DNA of 63,982 nt, filler included, from Stramenopiles sp. TOSAG23-2 (GCA_900128395.1; 7 parts of 7 records of this genome joined end to end with filler, not necessarily neighbours in it), one strand, 5' to 3'; numbered from the whole stretch's first letter, positions 1 through 12,227 are shown. The notes: generated from the letters alone by a model not told the origin. A program made the numbers and translations.

Positions 1-33
1 TTATTTTTATCATCTTGCTTTTCCATCCCCGCA

Positions 34-3000
34 TCATCCTGATCCACCAATGGCAGGGTTTAACATATGCTTCCATAAAAAATTGATATCCCTAAAGCAA
101 TGGAGCTCGCTATAATTTACAAATAATCGACTGTACATTGGGACACTGTCAATCAGAAGATTATATGGCGCGGGATCATTTATGCCAAGTTCACGGCACA
201 CGTTTCGTAAATATTCCATTAAAGGCCGATCAGGAGTCAATTTATAATCTTTTCCCCATGTCATAAATTTAGTTAGCAACCGCTGCGATGGAGATTCGAA
301 ATAGTCTAAAATAGCAGCGCGAGCAAAGTTTAATTCGGGGATATGAATTTCAAGCGTTTCCGATTGCTTTGCAAATGTTTTAATATCTAATCCAAAACCA
401 GAGATGCCCAATTGTCTACCACTTCTAGTTTGACCCATTAAATGTGTGCATACCTCACTTGGGTGATCAAATGCTCTGCGACGCAATATGCTATCTGCTA
501 TAGCAGCAATACAACCTGGAAGAATTATACAAGCTGCATCAAACGGTCTTGATTGACGAATAGACATGCTACTCCAGTAAAAATGCTCCATAATGCGCTT
601 CAATATTTGTAGTAATTCAACTTGCATTGCATGACCAATCGGAGCATCCCATATACAGATTTCGTTGCAAATATCAGCAACAGCTTTTGCCCCTTTTGAT
701 TCAAATTCTGGCTCGGCAATTATTCCAAATCCTGTTGTGTTTAACATACTATCTTCGGAAACTTTAGTATCAAGATCAATTTTTGAAGATGTAATTTCTT
801 TAAATGAATCACGAATGTTACTACTACTACTACTACTAATACAACTAAAAAGGTTTGTGATGGCGTCTTTATCATTAAGTTTCTCAGCAAGGACTATAAA
901 TTTACTACTTGATAAATTGTCTCGTCTCCCTACTTCATCTGTATTGCTGTTATCCTTTGTATTAGTTCCAATAAGATTGGATAAAATAATTTGAAAATCT
1001 TCCATTACCTGATCATCATCCATAAACAACTCATCGACATTTTGAAGAATAAATAAAGAAGTAGAATCAATCTTTAACATGTTAATACCAATTAAACGTG
1101 CTACATCCTCAATTTTGCCAAAGACTATATGATTTCCTCCTCGTAGCTCTTTTCTAGTTTCGTTGTCAGTTACATCCTTACGATCCAATGACAATGCTTT
1201 GCATGTCGACGACAGTTCAGGAAACTTTGACATAATTTTATCAAATTCTTTGCACAGAATTTTTGCACTTTTTTTTGACTTTGTGAGGAAAATTGAAAAC
1301 GTTTCATACTCTTCCAAACTTGCTTTGTTTTTTGTTTTTATAGCATTTCTGATAGTTTCGATACTAAGAATTACACTACATAATGATTTACCACTACCAG
1401 CTGGACTATACAAAATTAAATTATCCGCATTTTCTTCATTAAATCGTAATTTTGAAAATACATTGCATTGTATTGACGTTGGGCGTATATAGCCAGATGA
1501 CTCTATGGCATGGCCCAACACTCCATTTATTCCTGGAATCTCTGAAAATGTACGTGCCATCTTCCCTCCAATGTTCAAAGCTTCTTTCAAATTTTTCTTC
1601 AACAAGATCTTCCTTTCTTCTTTTTCGTTTTGCAACTGTTTTTCTTTCTCCTTTTTTCTCGCCGCCCGTTGAGAAAGCTTAAACTTTTTCGCATCCGTTC
1701 TATCAACATTTCGAGGTTTTGGCACTGGTACCACTCTAGTTAAAGTATGCTGAATGATTGACTGAATTAAAAATTGTCGATTTTTAATGCAATGTTCTTG
1801 ATTATCAAGAAGTTCACATAATCGGTCACAGTAACGAAGTGCACTTATTGCTTGATCCCGTGTTTTGGCAACAACTGGGAGCTGAAGGAAATCTATCGGT
1901 ATATACCTACCTAACGTTTTAGCCTGTCCTGGATCTGGAGTTGCTGGTTCAACACTCCACGCCAATGAGTCATGAAATTGGCCAAAAGGTCTTTTAGGGG
2001 CATTAGCTTTATCCCGCATATCAAGTTTTGGAGGAAGTGTCGATTTGGATCCTTTGCATTCATCCAATATCCTTTTACATGACTGCACTTCTGATAAGAC
2101 ATAATTTAACATAAATTCTGCATCTTCCTCCATCTGAACTATAGCGCTCTTGTCGATTGTTTTTTCTTCTCTTTCTCTAGTTTTACTTTCATTGTCAGTG
2201 ACAAACAGATGCATTTTTGCTTGGTGTTTCTCAATCGAAATTTTGCCAAATTTAACCGCCGCGTAACTAATTTGTTGACATGCAAGCCTAGCAATTCGTT
2301 GTCCATTACTATCAGGATGCATGTAATTTAAATCGTTTTGTAAAAATGTTAAAAATTCAGAGCGCAACGCTAAACTCAAACGTTTACATTGATTTTTAGG
2401 AACCTTCATATCCATTAACATGTATCGAATTGCATGTAAAATAGTCCGTACATATGCAGTTGAGGACCGTTGTGGAGTCCTCCATCCTAAATCTTCATCA
2501 TCATTTTTATCGTTCTCTTCAATTTCAACTAATGAACTTTCAAATGGCTTGCCCGTTAAAAACGGGATTAAAATATCATAAAACTTATCAGTATCGGATT
2601 TATGCTTATGAATTGTCAAATTATATAGACTAGATAAAAACACTTCACACATTGCTTGTTGTTTTGGAATGTCATCAAACACTAAGCACGTTTTATATTT
2701 AATCTTTTTTGTCGATATTGCAGCAGATACTGGATGATAGCCAAGCCCAGCTAATGGATTTGTATTTACTACAACAAATTTGTAACTTTGGGCGGTTTTT
2801 CTATTAACAACAAGTAAAATTTCTTCCCCTTCAACTAGTAATGGCAATAAAATTGTTTCTCCGACTGCTAAATTATCAATCCATCTTTTTACTCGGCGTA
2901 AAAATGTCAATAACTGGGATGAATTAGAAAATTTTATTAAACGTTGCATTTTTTTAAAAATTGCTGCTGAACCTGCAAATATTCTAGCAACATCACTCAT

Positions 3001-4788
3001 TGCATTCCATGTAAAATCAGTAATAGAATTCCCATAAGCATTTTTTTTGGATTGATCTTCGAGCATTCTTTGAATAGAAAAGTTTAAAATTTGAAAAGAC
3101 CATGGTAACAAGCTATTTCCCTCAAGCGTGCTTCCTTCGATAAATGCATCACCAAACAGCGCAACAAAGACTGGTGTACTCCAAATTGGCCGTGGTTTTG
3201 GAAATAAAGCGGACAACGTCAACCCACTCCTTTGTGACTTGATTTTCTCTTGCACCTCTTGATTGAACATAGATAAAATCTTATCCTGAGCTCGCGTTTC
3301 TTTGACATATATATCATTTGAAGCACCCTCTTCAATTTTGACATATCGCAAAGAAATATCACCAGGCATCATCGATCCATCGTTTGATGAAAATAGGTAA
3401 AATGCCAAGGGATCCATAGAAAATCTCCCATCTTTAGATATTTCAGAACTTTCAATCGAAGCGCAAGGGACGGAATCTATCCATGTTTTAATTACCCCCT
3501 TTCTACTTTTTTTTGCCTTTTTTTTTTGTTTTGGCCTTCCCCTAGATCGTCTAGGTTTTGACCTTCCTCTTCCTTTTGGGCCAATAGCATCATCACTTTT
3601 CATTTCAACGCATTTAACAGAGATTACAACACGATGCCATTTCCCAACTTTAATTTTGCTTTTTACTGTGTTACCATACTTTCCTAAAATACCAACACCT
3701 CCATTGTTACCAACATGACATTCGCCATTAGATCGTGATATCAATACATCACCATCTTTGTTTTCGACTGCATGTACCAATGCAGTTTGAAATAGACTAA
3801 ATCCTTCATCCGGTGGGGCATTATTAAATTTTACATCCATTGTAATGGAATATTCGTTGACATTATCAATCATCTTGTTCAACCAATTGCCGCCACCACT
3901 AATGCCCGTGCCTAAAATATCTAGCCGGTCACCTCTTCTCGTTTCATTCATTTTACTTCCAGTACTTTTTCCTTCTTCTTTCTCTAGCGCCCTTCGCCCA
4001 AAGCTATCTAATTTTCTTAAATCCAATTTTAAACGATGGCCTGGCTCAATAATTAACGCCTTTGAACGATCAGATAAGACTTCAAATTTGGCAGTTGGTG
4101 GGGCTGGAATTTTTTCTTTGTTGCTTATGTTCGTAGCTGTACCTTGTTTTGGTGCTGCTATGTCAATGCTTTTTTTCTTTTGATCCCAATCATTTCCAGC
4201 ATTTGTAAGATTACTATTGTTATTATTTGTGTCGCTAATTGTGTTATTATCGTCGTCGTCAAGGTCCCAAGTTGTAAAATCAATGAAACCATCATTATCG
4301 TCACCGCCATCTCCACCGTAATATCCACCACTAATTGATACTACATTCGTACCACTATTCTTCTTTTTTGCTTTGTTTTGTGTTTCAACTGCGTTTTGGC
4401 TTGCATTTTCCATCAATTCTAATCCCTTCTCCGGTTCAATTAAAAAGCAATATTTTGGCCAATCTTCTTTTCCAAACCGAAAGTCAAAAGATATATTCTC
4501 CCTTGTTTTTTCTTCCTCCTTTTCACTTTCCCCGAAAAAATTTCTTCTTCCTTTCTTTCTTGGTTTCTTCTTTTTTTCCCTTTTAAACGTTGTTGTATTC
4601 CTTTCATTATTTTCACTTGTTCCAATCACATCATTTGTAAACGTATCATATTCATGTTCATAATTTAGCAATGTGGTTTCCTCATCATTATTTGTTGGCG
4701 TTTTGCTTGTTTTTGAGGGACCTCTTCCAGAATCATCTTCATGAGATGGATCATAAACAAAACCTTCACTATCAGAGGATGAAGACAT
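34..4788 (-). CDS. Large multidomain protein (1584 aa, probably 3'-incomplete): LamG/concanavalin-like beta region, helical region and a degenerate DEAD-box-like RecA domain
   Basis: Long intronless ORF. YSITMDVK...GKWHRVVISV resembles LamG-type strands. GYIRPTSIQ (Q motif), SPAGSGKS (Walker A) and QNVDEL (degenerate DEAD) mark the helicase-like part. The stop is 33 nt from the window edge and another frame continues. Confidence 0.7.
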   Translation of the reverse strand: MSSSSDSEGFVYDPSHEDDSGRGPSKTSKTPTNNDEETTLLNYEHEYDTFTNDVIGTSENNERNTTTFKREKKKKPRKKGRRNFFGESEKEEEKTRENISFDFRFGKEDWPKYCFLIEPEKGLELMENASQNAVETQNKAKKKNSGTNVVSISGGYYGGDGGDDNDGFIDFTTWDLDDDDNNTISDTNNNNSNLTNAGNDWDQKKKSIDIAAPKQGTATNISNKEKIPAPPTAKFEVLSDRSKALIIEPGHRLKLDLRKLDSFGRRALEKEEGKSTGSKMNETRRGDRLDILGTGISGGGNWLNKMIDNVNEYSITMDVKFNNAPPDEGFSLFQTALVHAVENKDGDVLISRSNGECHVGNNGGVGILGKYGNTVKSKIKVGKWHRVVISVKCVEMKSDDAIGPKGRGRSKPRRSRGRPKQKKKAKKSRKGVIKTWIDSVPCASIESSEISKDGRFSMDPLAFYLFSSNDGSMMPGDISLRYVKIEEGASNDIYVKETRAQDKILSMFNQEVQEKIKSQRSGLTLSALFPKPRPIWSTPVFVALFGDAFIEGSTLEGNSLLPWSFQILNFSIQRMLEDQSKKNAYGNSITDFTWNAMSDVARIFAGSAAIFKKMQRLIKFSNSSQLLTFLRRVKRWIDNLAVGETILLPLLVEGEEILLVVNRKTAQSYKFVVVNTNPLAGLGYHPVSAAISTKKIKYKTCLVFDDIPKQQAMCEVFLSSLYNLTIHKHKSDTDKFYDILIPFLTGKPFESSLVEIEENDKNDDEDLGWRTPQRSSTAYVRTILHAIRYMLMDMKVPKNQCKRLSLALRSEFLTFLQNDLNYMHPDSNGQRIARLACQQISYAAVKFGKISIEKHQAKMHLFVTDNESKTREREEKTIDKSAIVQMEEDAEFMLNYVLSEVQSCKRILDECKGSKSTLPPKLDMRDKANAPKRPFGQFHDSLAWSVEPATPDPGQAKTLGRYIPIDFLQLPVVAKTRDQAISALRYCDRLCELLDNQEHCIKNRQFLIQSIIQHTLTRVVPVPKPRNVDRTDAKKFKLSQRAARKKEKEKQLQNEKEERKILLKKNLKEALNIGGKMARTFSEIPGINGVLGHAIESSGYIRPTSIQCNVFSKLRFNEENADNLILYSPAGSGKSLCSVILSIETIRNAIKTKNKASLEEYETFSIFLTKSKKSAKILCKEFDKIMSKFPELSSTCKALSLDRKDVTDNETRKELRGGNHIVFGKIEDVARLIGINMLKIDSTSLFILQNVDELFMDDDQVMEDFQIILSNLIGTNTKDNSNTDEVGRRDNLSSSKFIVLAEKLNDKDAITNLFSCISSSSSSNIRDSFKEITSSKIDLDTKVSEDSMLNTTGFGIIAEPEFESKGAKAVADICNEICIWDAPIGHAMQVELLQILKRIMEHFYWSSMSIRQSRPFDAACIILPGCIAAIADSILRRRAFDHPSEVCTHLMGQTRSGRQLGISGFGLDIKTFAKQSETLEIHIPELNFARAAILDYFESPSQRLLTKFMTWGKDYKLTPDRPLMEYLRNVCRELGINDPAPYNLLIDSVPMYSRLFVNYSELHCFRDINFLWKHMLNPAIGGSG

Positions 4789-5443
4789 ATTATGACTTCT
4801 TTTATTATCTTGTGTATATTTGTTTTGTTAAATAAAACTATGTATATTTATTGTATATATGGATGTCGAATATAAGCTTATGTATCCAAGCATACTCTTG
4901 AATTTATAATTTATACAATATGTACCTGGTAAAGATTGTGTATGTGTGATGGTGTGCGTATATGTTCCTTGTATATATTAATAATAATAAAAAAGATATT
5001 ATTATATAAAGATACTATGGACTACCACCGGTGGTACCACCTGTGTTCCTTTTTTGGTTATCCTGATGTAGTGGTGTGCCAATGTGCCAGTATATTAGTG
5101 GTGTACACATGTATAATAGTTGTTTTGTTGAGTTTGATGTGGCAAGCGGGCATTGGCATATATTGGCGGCATATATTCTAATAAGTAAGCTCATAGTGCT
5201 ATAGTCTATACAGTATTAATATGTAGTTGCTTTTTTTTTAGACACAGATGCCACACAGATGATTTATTTCAATTATTTTGCTATTTGTTATTATTACAAA
5301 TATATATGTATTATTATTTGCAATAGCAAGAAGTGCAATTTATAATAATTATTCTATAGAATTATACATGTAAAAAGAAACAAATAAAGTAGAAGAAAGA
5401 GGAACAAAGCGACATCGTTTGCAATCATACAATATAGCAAAGA

Positions 5444-5992
5444 ATGAATCTACAAAATAAAGTACCCACATTACAACAATTTTGTTTAGAAATTGTTCGG
5501 AATAATTTACATTGTGTCTCAGGTGTCAAAGGTTTACCATCTATTTTTCAAGAGCAAATTTTAAATATTATCATTTTTGAAATAAAAGCAATAAAAAAAC
5601 GTGAAAAAAAATGGGAATTTTATATTAGTCTTTCACGGAGTGTAAAAAAATTCGTCATTCAGTCTATTCCATGTAAAACATTAGCTACTAAAATATTAAA
5701 CATAAGAACGAAGAAACGAGTATTACGTCTGCTAAGTGGAAGTGCAAATTTTGAAACTGTTGTACGAGAGTGTATTGCTGAGTCATCATCTTCACTTGAA
5801 AATCAAAATAGAAGGAAAAATGCTATCCAAAAAAAGAAAGAAAGGAATGAAAAACAATTCAAAATAAGAAAAAATCGTTATGAAAAAAAACTTATTAGAC
5901 AATTACGGAATAGTAATGGGGGATTAAATAAAAAATATCATAAAGTAAAGATTCACAGTGGTCATCAATGGAAATGTATGATGGAGATGTGA
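5444..5992 (+). CDS. Basic protein with N-terminal BC-box-like motif (Elongin A-like)
   Basis: VPTLQQFCLEIVRNNL fits the (T/S)LxxxCxxxV BC-box pattern; Lys-rich C-terminus. Confidence 0.5.
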   Translation: MNLQNKVPTLQQFCLEIVRNNLHCVSGVKGLPSIFQEQILNIIIFEIKAIKKREKKWEFYISLSRSVKKFVIQSIPCKTLATKILNIRTKKRVLRLLSGSANFETVVRECIAESSSSLENQNRRKNAIQKKKERNEKQFKIRKNRYEKKLIRQLRNSNGGLNKKYHKVKIHSGHQWKCMMEM

Positions 5993-6342
5993 AAAACTTG
6001 TGGATTTATTTTTTAATTTTTTAAAATTTCAATAATATAATGTATTATAAATATGATATAATATATATATATGATATCATATATATACGAGCTCGTACAT
6101 ATTTTATCATATAATAAAATTAATTTTAAACGCTTTAATATTTATTTTTTAATTTACCCAGTGATAATTCCTACCTCTTCAAAAGAATATATATATACAA
6201 TAACACTGAGACAATAATATCTATCTCACTCCAGGGTGTTTTATAAATTTTCTTCGTATCATATACGTACATATTATTCGTAAAAAAATATACGAAGCCG
6301 CATAAAAAAATATTTTACGAGAACTATACGATCCGCTTTGTC

Positions 6343-8957
6343 TCAATATATACTTTTTATCATCATTTCTTGCTTCCTTACCATGTCTAATTTCACAAAC
6401 CAACAAAATGCATTTTTTAATGTATCTAAGGATAATGCTTCATGGCATTTAATATCCCCACTATATAACTTCACTTTTATTGAATCTTGAGCTAATTTAA
6501 TATATGATTTACATATGGAATTTCGATTATTCTTCATTTCTTCATCGCCAGATGATAATAAATCAAATGGTAAGAATGAGATTGTAGCTGCATATGCTTC
6601 TTTATATGGCATGATGAATGATTTCAACAATTCCTTTAAAAATATAGTTTGATCAACATTGATAGATATTTTTTCTTCAACGCCATATTGATATTCATTA
6701 AATATAATTTCACGTTCAATCCCTTCATACATACCAGTAAAAAAATGTATTAATTGATTACGTAAATATGCTAATTTCAAAAATACATGAGGTGAAGAAG
6801 GTAATTCAATGTACTCCCAGGAAGCAGCAGCAATATTTACGTTGCCGTTCATGCCATTGTCATATTTAACACCCCGATATCCTAAATAAGGCAATAGTTT
6901 TTTAATATCAGCTATTGTATCCAACTCATTATCATTTGGTAAATGTGCACCTATTTGTACAAGTATATCTTTTAATATCAATACTTTTTTTAAAATCGTA
7001 GATAAATGAATGCGAATGTTGCTACCAAAACGACGACGAGGATGATGATAATGATGATGGCGAGTATTCCTTCTAGCATTATTTCGTGAACATCGTTCCA
7101 TTAAAATAATCGTTGCAATTAAAGATGTATGTGGTATAATACCATTTAATGCAACTTGACGTTGCAAGAAACATGCGATTTTTTCCACATTACCATCATA
7201 TTTATCAACTAATTTAAACATCGAATATGATGGAGCAAACCGAATGTACGCATTGCCACAATTATATCTGCTACTCTCGATACCAACCATCATCATCTTT
7301 TGTATAAATAACCTATAACCAATATGTAATACTAATGACAATGATTCTGGACTCTTTGGTTTGCCTAATAATTGCTCAACGTAATCATCCATTTCAGGAA
7401 TCATATCATATGTCAAAGCAACAGGCATAAATGCACAATCATGTTTACTATCTACTACCATAGATAGCATACCAAGCCTTGCTTTGATTAATTTACCGGT
7501 TCGGCTTCTACCACCTTCCATGAAAAATTCCAACATTGAATTATTTAGTTTTTTTGTTGTATTTTTTTTATTTCCTTCCATTTTCTCATTTTCATTAATA
7601 TTACTAGTATTAAAATCTTTGCTACTACTGTTATTTTCATCGCTGTTGTTACTTGATAAAGACAATACACCATGTACATATTTTTTACACGCAATTCGAT
7701 ATTTTGCCATGTCTAATGAACGAAATGAACGTTTCATAAAAAAGCAACCAGCATAACGTAACATGACACCAATTCCGAAAATATTTAAATTCTCCCCAGC
7801 ACATATTACTGGCAGAGGAAAATTATATGCAAAACATATATAGCTCATCATTAAATAATCAACATGGCTTTTATGTGATGGTAATAATACGATAGGTTTT
7901 TCCATAGAAATTTCACGCGCTTTTAAAATATTCATTTCGTCTACTTTCACCGTGGAAAACAAACGACGCCAAACTTTACCTAGCATCCATCCCATAGTAC
8001 GAACAACAAACATTGATAATCTTGCACCTTTGCCATGAAATTCAATTACTTCATTTTCCAATTCATGCAATAATTTTGATTTTTCATGATTCATTTCTTC
8101 CTCTAACATATAATTTGATAAATACCCAAATGTAATATCAGCAAAAATTGGATATCCAAGTAAATGTCTTGCAATGGATGATGGTATATTATTGTTCTTT
8201 TTATTAGTATACGCTACTGAAGAAAGTATTGATGATTCATATCTACCCGTACTATGCCCTAAACGCCAAGAAGATGTTAAAATATTGATATTAATATTGT
8301 CGTGATTATTTGCAATAACATTTTACTATGCCCTAAACGCCAAGAAGATGTTAAAATATTGATATTAATATTATTATTATTATTTGCAATAACATTTTTT
8401 ACTTGTTTATGATTCATATGATCTTCTTTACCTAAAATATGGCTTAATATGTTATTTACAAGTGGTGGTTTGTTTTTCTTATTATTATAATTATTATTAT
8501 TCACATTGTTATGACCGTAATTATTAATTGTATTAGTAGTATTGGTATCAGTTGTATAACTTATTTTTTTTTCAAAGTGATGATTATTATTATTATTATT
8601 ATTAAGAATAGTAGGTGATGCAGTGGTTGAAAAACTTGCGGTCGTTGCTGCTGCTGATGTTGTTGTAATTTTTTTTGCTTTACATGATGCACGATCAATA
8701 ATAAATGGTATATTATTATTCTGTAGTTGAAAATCAACCTTAGTCTCTGTTTTCTTTACTATCCTGAGCTTATCATTTCCATTTACTAAATTGTTATTAT
8801 TGTTATTATTACTGCTATTATTTTTCTTTTCACTCTTCTTCTTTTGTTTAATAGTAATTACTTTTTTTTTGTTTTTCTCCGGAGCTTTTTTCTTAGTTGA
8901 TACTGTTGCTAATACCACTGCTGCCGATATGACTTTTTTACCTTTTTCTTTTTTCAT
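6343..8957 (-). CDS. Glycerol-3-phosphate / dihydroxyacetone-phosphate acyltransferase (PlsB/GPAT/GNPAT family); N-terminal part split by a ~74-bp tandem duplication
   Basis: Acyltransferase motifs HKSHVD, GCFFMKR, FMEGGRSRTGK and PVALTYD in ORF 6343-8109. The frame stays open upstream of 8109 into the duplicated segment (~8250-8397) that links it to ORF 8277-8957. Confidence 0.85.
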
Positions 8958-9297
8958 GCTTTGTAAAATATAAATGATATTGTATTTGGAATGTCAAGTT
9001 ACAGGAACAGCTATGACAATCTATCTACGATCTATCTATCTACGATCTATCTACCTATCTATATAGTTTATATGTCACTGATAATGTGATTTTAATTTAG
9101 TCCACCACCACAAAAAAAAAATTGATGTGTATGTATTCATATGATGCGTAAATGATAGACAGATTAATTAAGATAGCCGGGTAATAGCTAGAGATGTTCT
9201 ATATATAGTAGTTAACTGGCTGTAGACTATTAATATTTGCGTCTACTATGGTACTTGTAAATAGCATTATATAGTTGTAACATAATTTATCAACGTT

Positions 9298-9397
9298 NNN
9301 NNNNNNNNNNNNNNNNNNNNNNNNNNNNNNNNNNNNNNNNNTTAATTAATTAANNNNNNNNNNNNNNNNNNNNNNNNNNNNNNNNNNNNNNNNNNNN
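9298..9397. other. Artificial contig linker (N-run + TTAATTAATTAA + N-run); same linker at 18694-18793, 28077-28176, 37451-37550, 46816-46915, 56154-56253
   Basis: Six 100-nt spacers carrying an all-frame stop cassette. The intervening contig lengths fall monotonically (9296, 9283, 9274, 9265, 9238). Confidence 0.98.
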
Positions 9398-10147
9398 ATC
9401 ACAATTAAAAGCTATACAACAATATAAAAGAGATGGATCAAACGGGTATCAACAAGTGGAAGGGATGGTGATACACACAAAATAATTAATATATATATAA
9501 AAAATTCTCTTACTTAAAATTTAATATATATATTTATATACTACCAACTACAATATCCTATACATTAAATAAAATTATTTACCAAAATCTCTCCAGCAAA
9601 CTCAAAAACATACACAAAACAACAAATTGAATGATCAAATACACACACATGTCAATATATACAGCTAGAAGGTGTAAGAGAGGTTTACACGCGCACATAA
9701 TCGTTTACTCGTTTACCACATCAACGCGCATTTATTTCAATTTAGTATTTTAGCTTTTTAGTAGCTGCCGGTATAAAAGTATTAACGCACATTTTAAAGT
9801 CCGGTAAAGTGATATTTGATTATACTTTTTCGTAAAAAATATTTTTTTTTATAATATCACAAATTAAGACATGCTGTATTAAATGAATTTAATACATTTT
9901 GTACGGAAATGCAAAGTATTACTGATAAATATGGCATTGATAGTGGTGATAAAAAGGATTGGGTAAGAAAATATATGCGTATGAGGAAAGATGCAATGGA
10001 ACGCAATGGGTTGGAAAAGCAATTTGTATTGCATTCTGTTTATAGTGTTGGGAAGCATTTGGTATGAATTTTTTGGTGTTTTGCGTGTGTGGTGTGTGGT
10101 GTGTGCCACCAGGTGTGTAAAAATGCGGAGAGAGTTCTTATTATAAT

Positions 10148-10341
10148 ATGTTAAAACTTTCCCAACTAATCCGCGGTCCTTAACCAACCTTCCCAACATA
10201 GAAATAATTAAGGCAACAATTTACCGTTAATCAAAGCATAATCCCATGCTAATTAATTCAAATCTCGGTTACTAATGCTATTATCGTCTAACAATTTCAG
10301 GTTGGTTAAGGACCGCGGATTAGTTGGGAAAGTTTTAACAT
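10148..10341. repeat. Perfect 43-bp inverted repeat with 108-bp spacer
   Basis: ATGTTAAAACTTTCCCAACTAATCCGCGGTCCTTAACCAACCT at 10148-10190 and its exact reverse complement at 10299-10341. Confidence 0.95.
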
Positions 10342-10846
10342 TATCTAAACGTCACAGCACTACACCGATTCAAATTTGATAGTATGACAAAACCGGTTAC
10401 TACACGTATTTATACTTGAGTTAAATCCGCTACTAAGTCGCTGCTATTTGGCGCGGTTCTTTGATAGGAACTATAAATAAGTTAAAATACGTTTTCTATA
10501 CTTATTTATATATCAATGCTGTATCCCTGCTACACCTTCCGCGAGACTTGAAAAAAATCTTTCGCCGAGGATTATTTTCAACGCGTTTCGCACGCTCGCA
10601 ATGCATTTCAGAAAATCGCTGCGAGAGCCCAAAATCGTCTCATTCAAAAAACCGTGAACACGTAAAATTCAAACGGGATTCTTATTTTTTATTGATAAGT
10701 ACTCATCTCACCAAAAATCTCTTTATAAAATCGTGATTAAGAGGTAGCAAAATATTACCTCCATGTGTCATTATTTTCAAATGCCATTTTGATCATTCGC
10801 CATAGTATTGCCATAGTAGGTGATAATTGCCTGCTATTTCTAATCG

Positions 10847-11046
10847 ATAAGTTTGGAGTGTTCACTTTTTCTTTGTACATTAATATTTTTTATTCTATAT
10901 TCAAAATAAAATACATCTATATAAACATTTTCAATTCATATCTTCACATAATAACAAATAACTATCTATATAGATCCATCATTTTATAAGTTTGGAGTGT
11001 TCACTTTTTCTTTGTACATTAATATTTTTTATTCTATATTCAAAAT
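10847..11046 (+). repeat. ~60-bp direct repeat (2 copies) starting with a variant of the cassette 14-mer
   Basis: ATAAGTTTGGAGTGTTCACTTTTTCTTTGTACATTAATATTTTTTATTCTATATTCAAAAT at ~10847 and ~10986. Confidence 0.9.
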
Positions 11047-11092
11047 CAAAACCATCTTTATACATATCAATAACCCGCTGCTCCATGACAAT

Positions 11093-11469
11093 CCTATAGC
11101 ACCCTCATCTTACCCCCCATGGTTACCCTCTTTTTACCCATTAGTTACCGGTTTCGTTACTTTTTAAAATACGCGTTTTATCGTAAAATTACACTAAATA
11201 ATCACGCGTTCTTTACCTAATTTCTCAAATGTGACAAATGTTACCTTTTTTCGCCATATCCCCGCTATATATATATTTTTTTTTATTATTATTATTTTTT
11301 TTATATTATTCTCTCAAACTTAAAAAATAGGTAAAAAAGTAACAATATATATATATTTAGTTATAAAACTATGATAAGGTGGAAGGGTTTTCTGATAAAA
11401 CGAAATTTGAAAAAAGTAAAAATACGGTAAAAACAGGTAACCTCAAGTAACGGTTATAAGGACTATAGG
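11093..11469. other. Strand-symmetric non-coding region with opposed GTTAC/GTAAC motifs around an AT-rich core (origin-like)
   Basis: GTTAC at 11122, 11144, 11156, 11240; GTAAC at 11339, 11437, 11447; bounded by CCTATAG/CTATAGG. The origin function is inference. Confidence 0.45.
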
Positions 11470-11516
11470 GGGTATTTTATGGGGTTATATCTATTTTTCA
11501 TTTTCATACTTAAAGA

Positions 11517-11559
11517 AAGTTTGGAGTGGTCACTTTGGAGTGGTCATTATCGAAAAATA
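11517..11559 (+). repeat. Cassette element, partial copy (14-bp direct-repeat module only, no AAAATTGA)
   Basis: AAGTTTGGAGTGGTCACTTTGGAGTGGTCATTATCGAAAAATA, then unrelated sequence. Confidence 0.95.
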
Positions 11560-11599
11560 TGCGGTCAAAAGATAGTATTTTTGTATATGTCTATTACAT

Positions 11600-12208
11600 A
11601 TGAGAGCAAAAACAAAAAACACTGATGATGAATCTGATTTCTACTCATATAACTTTTGGTTCAATAATCCAGAACACGATAGTTGGGACCAAGGTGGCGA
11701 GAAATATTATGTGAATTCATTTTATAAAAATATTATCATGAAATTGAGAGATATTCCAAAGGAAGGAAAAATATTAGTTTTAGGAACACATAACTGTTAT
11801 TCCTTTGATAAGTTATGTAAACACTTTGGATCTGATAGGTGTATAGGTTATGATTTACATAATCCAAAGAATCATCCAAATGTAGTTATTAAGAATTGTA
11901 TGGAGTTGTCTGAAGATGATAAAATGGATATAGCATTTGTTCATAATGACTTAGGCAACTACGCAACTACTCCAAAATTGAAAGAACATGCTCAAAAATG
12001 GGCAGCTAAAAATATTGTGAAAGGAGGATATATGTTATCAAATAATAATTTTAATAGAGCAAAAGTAAAGAATATTGAAATAATGAAAAAAAACGGATTT
12101 AAAGTTACACAATTGATTGATTTACAAAAGGAATTTGATTTAGAAGAATTAGCCAGAAATGAATTTGAGAGAATAGAAGGGTATATGTTAAGCCAAAAAT
12201 TAGAATAA
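11600..12208 (+). CDS. Putative class I SAM-dependent methyltransferase-like protein
   Basis: ILVLG (motif I-like), CIGYDL (acidic end of strand 2) and IVKGGYML follow the Rossmann methyltransferase order. Confidence 0.5.
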   Translation: MRAKTKNTDDESDFYSYNFWFNNPEHDSWDQGGEKYYVNSFYKNIIMKLRDIPKEGKILVLGTHNCYSFDKLCKHFGSDRCIGYDLHNPKNHPNVVIKNCMELSEDDKMDIAFVHNDLGNYATTPKLKEHAQKWAAKNIVKGGYMLSNNNFNRAKVKNIEIMKKNGFKVTQLIDLQKEFDLEELARNEFERIEGYMLSQKLE

Positions 12209-12227
12209 AAATTAGAATAAACAGAAT

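Noticed and set aside
9298-9397. TTAATTAATTAA motif and ORFs containing X runs at all six N-gaps
   Set aside because: Synthetic linker; ORFs crossing it are artefacts.
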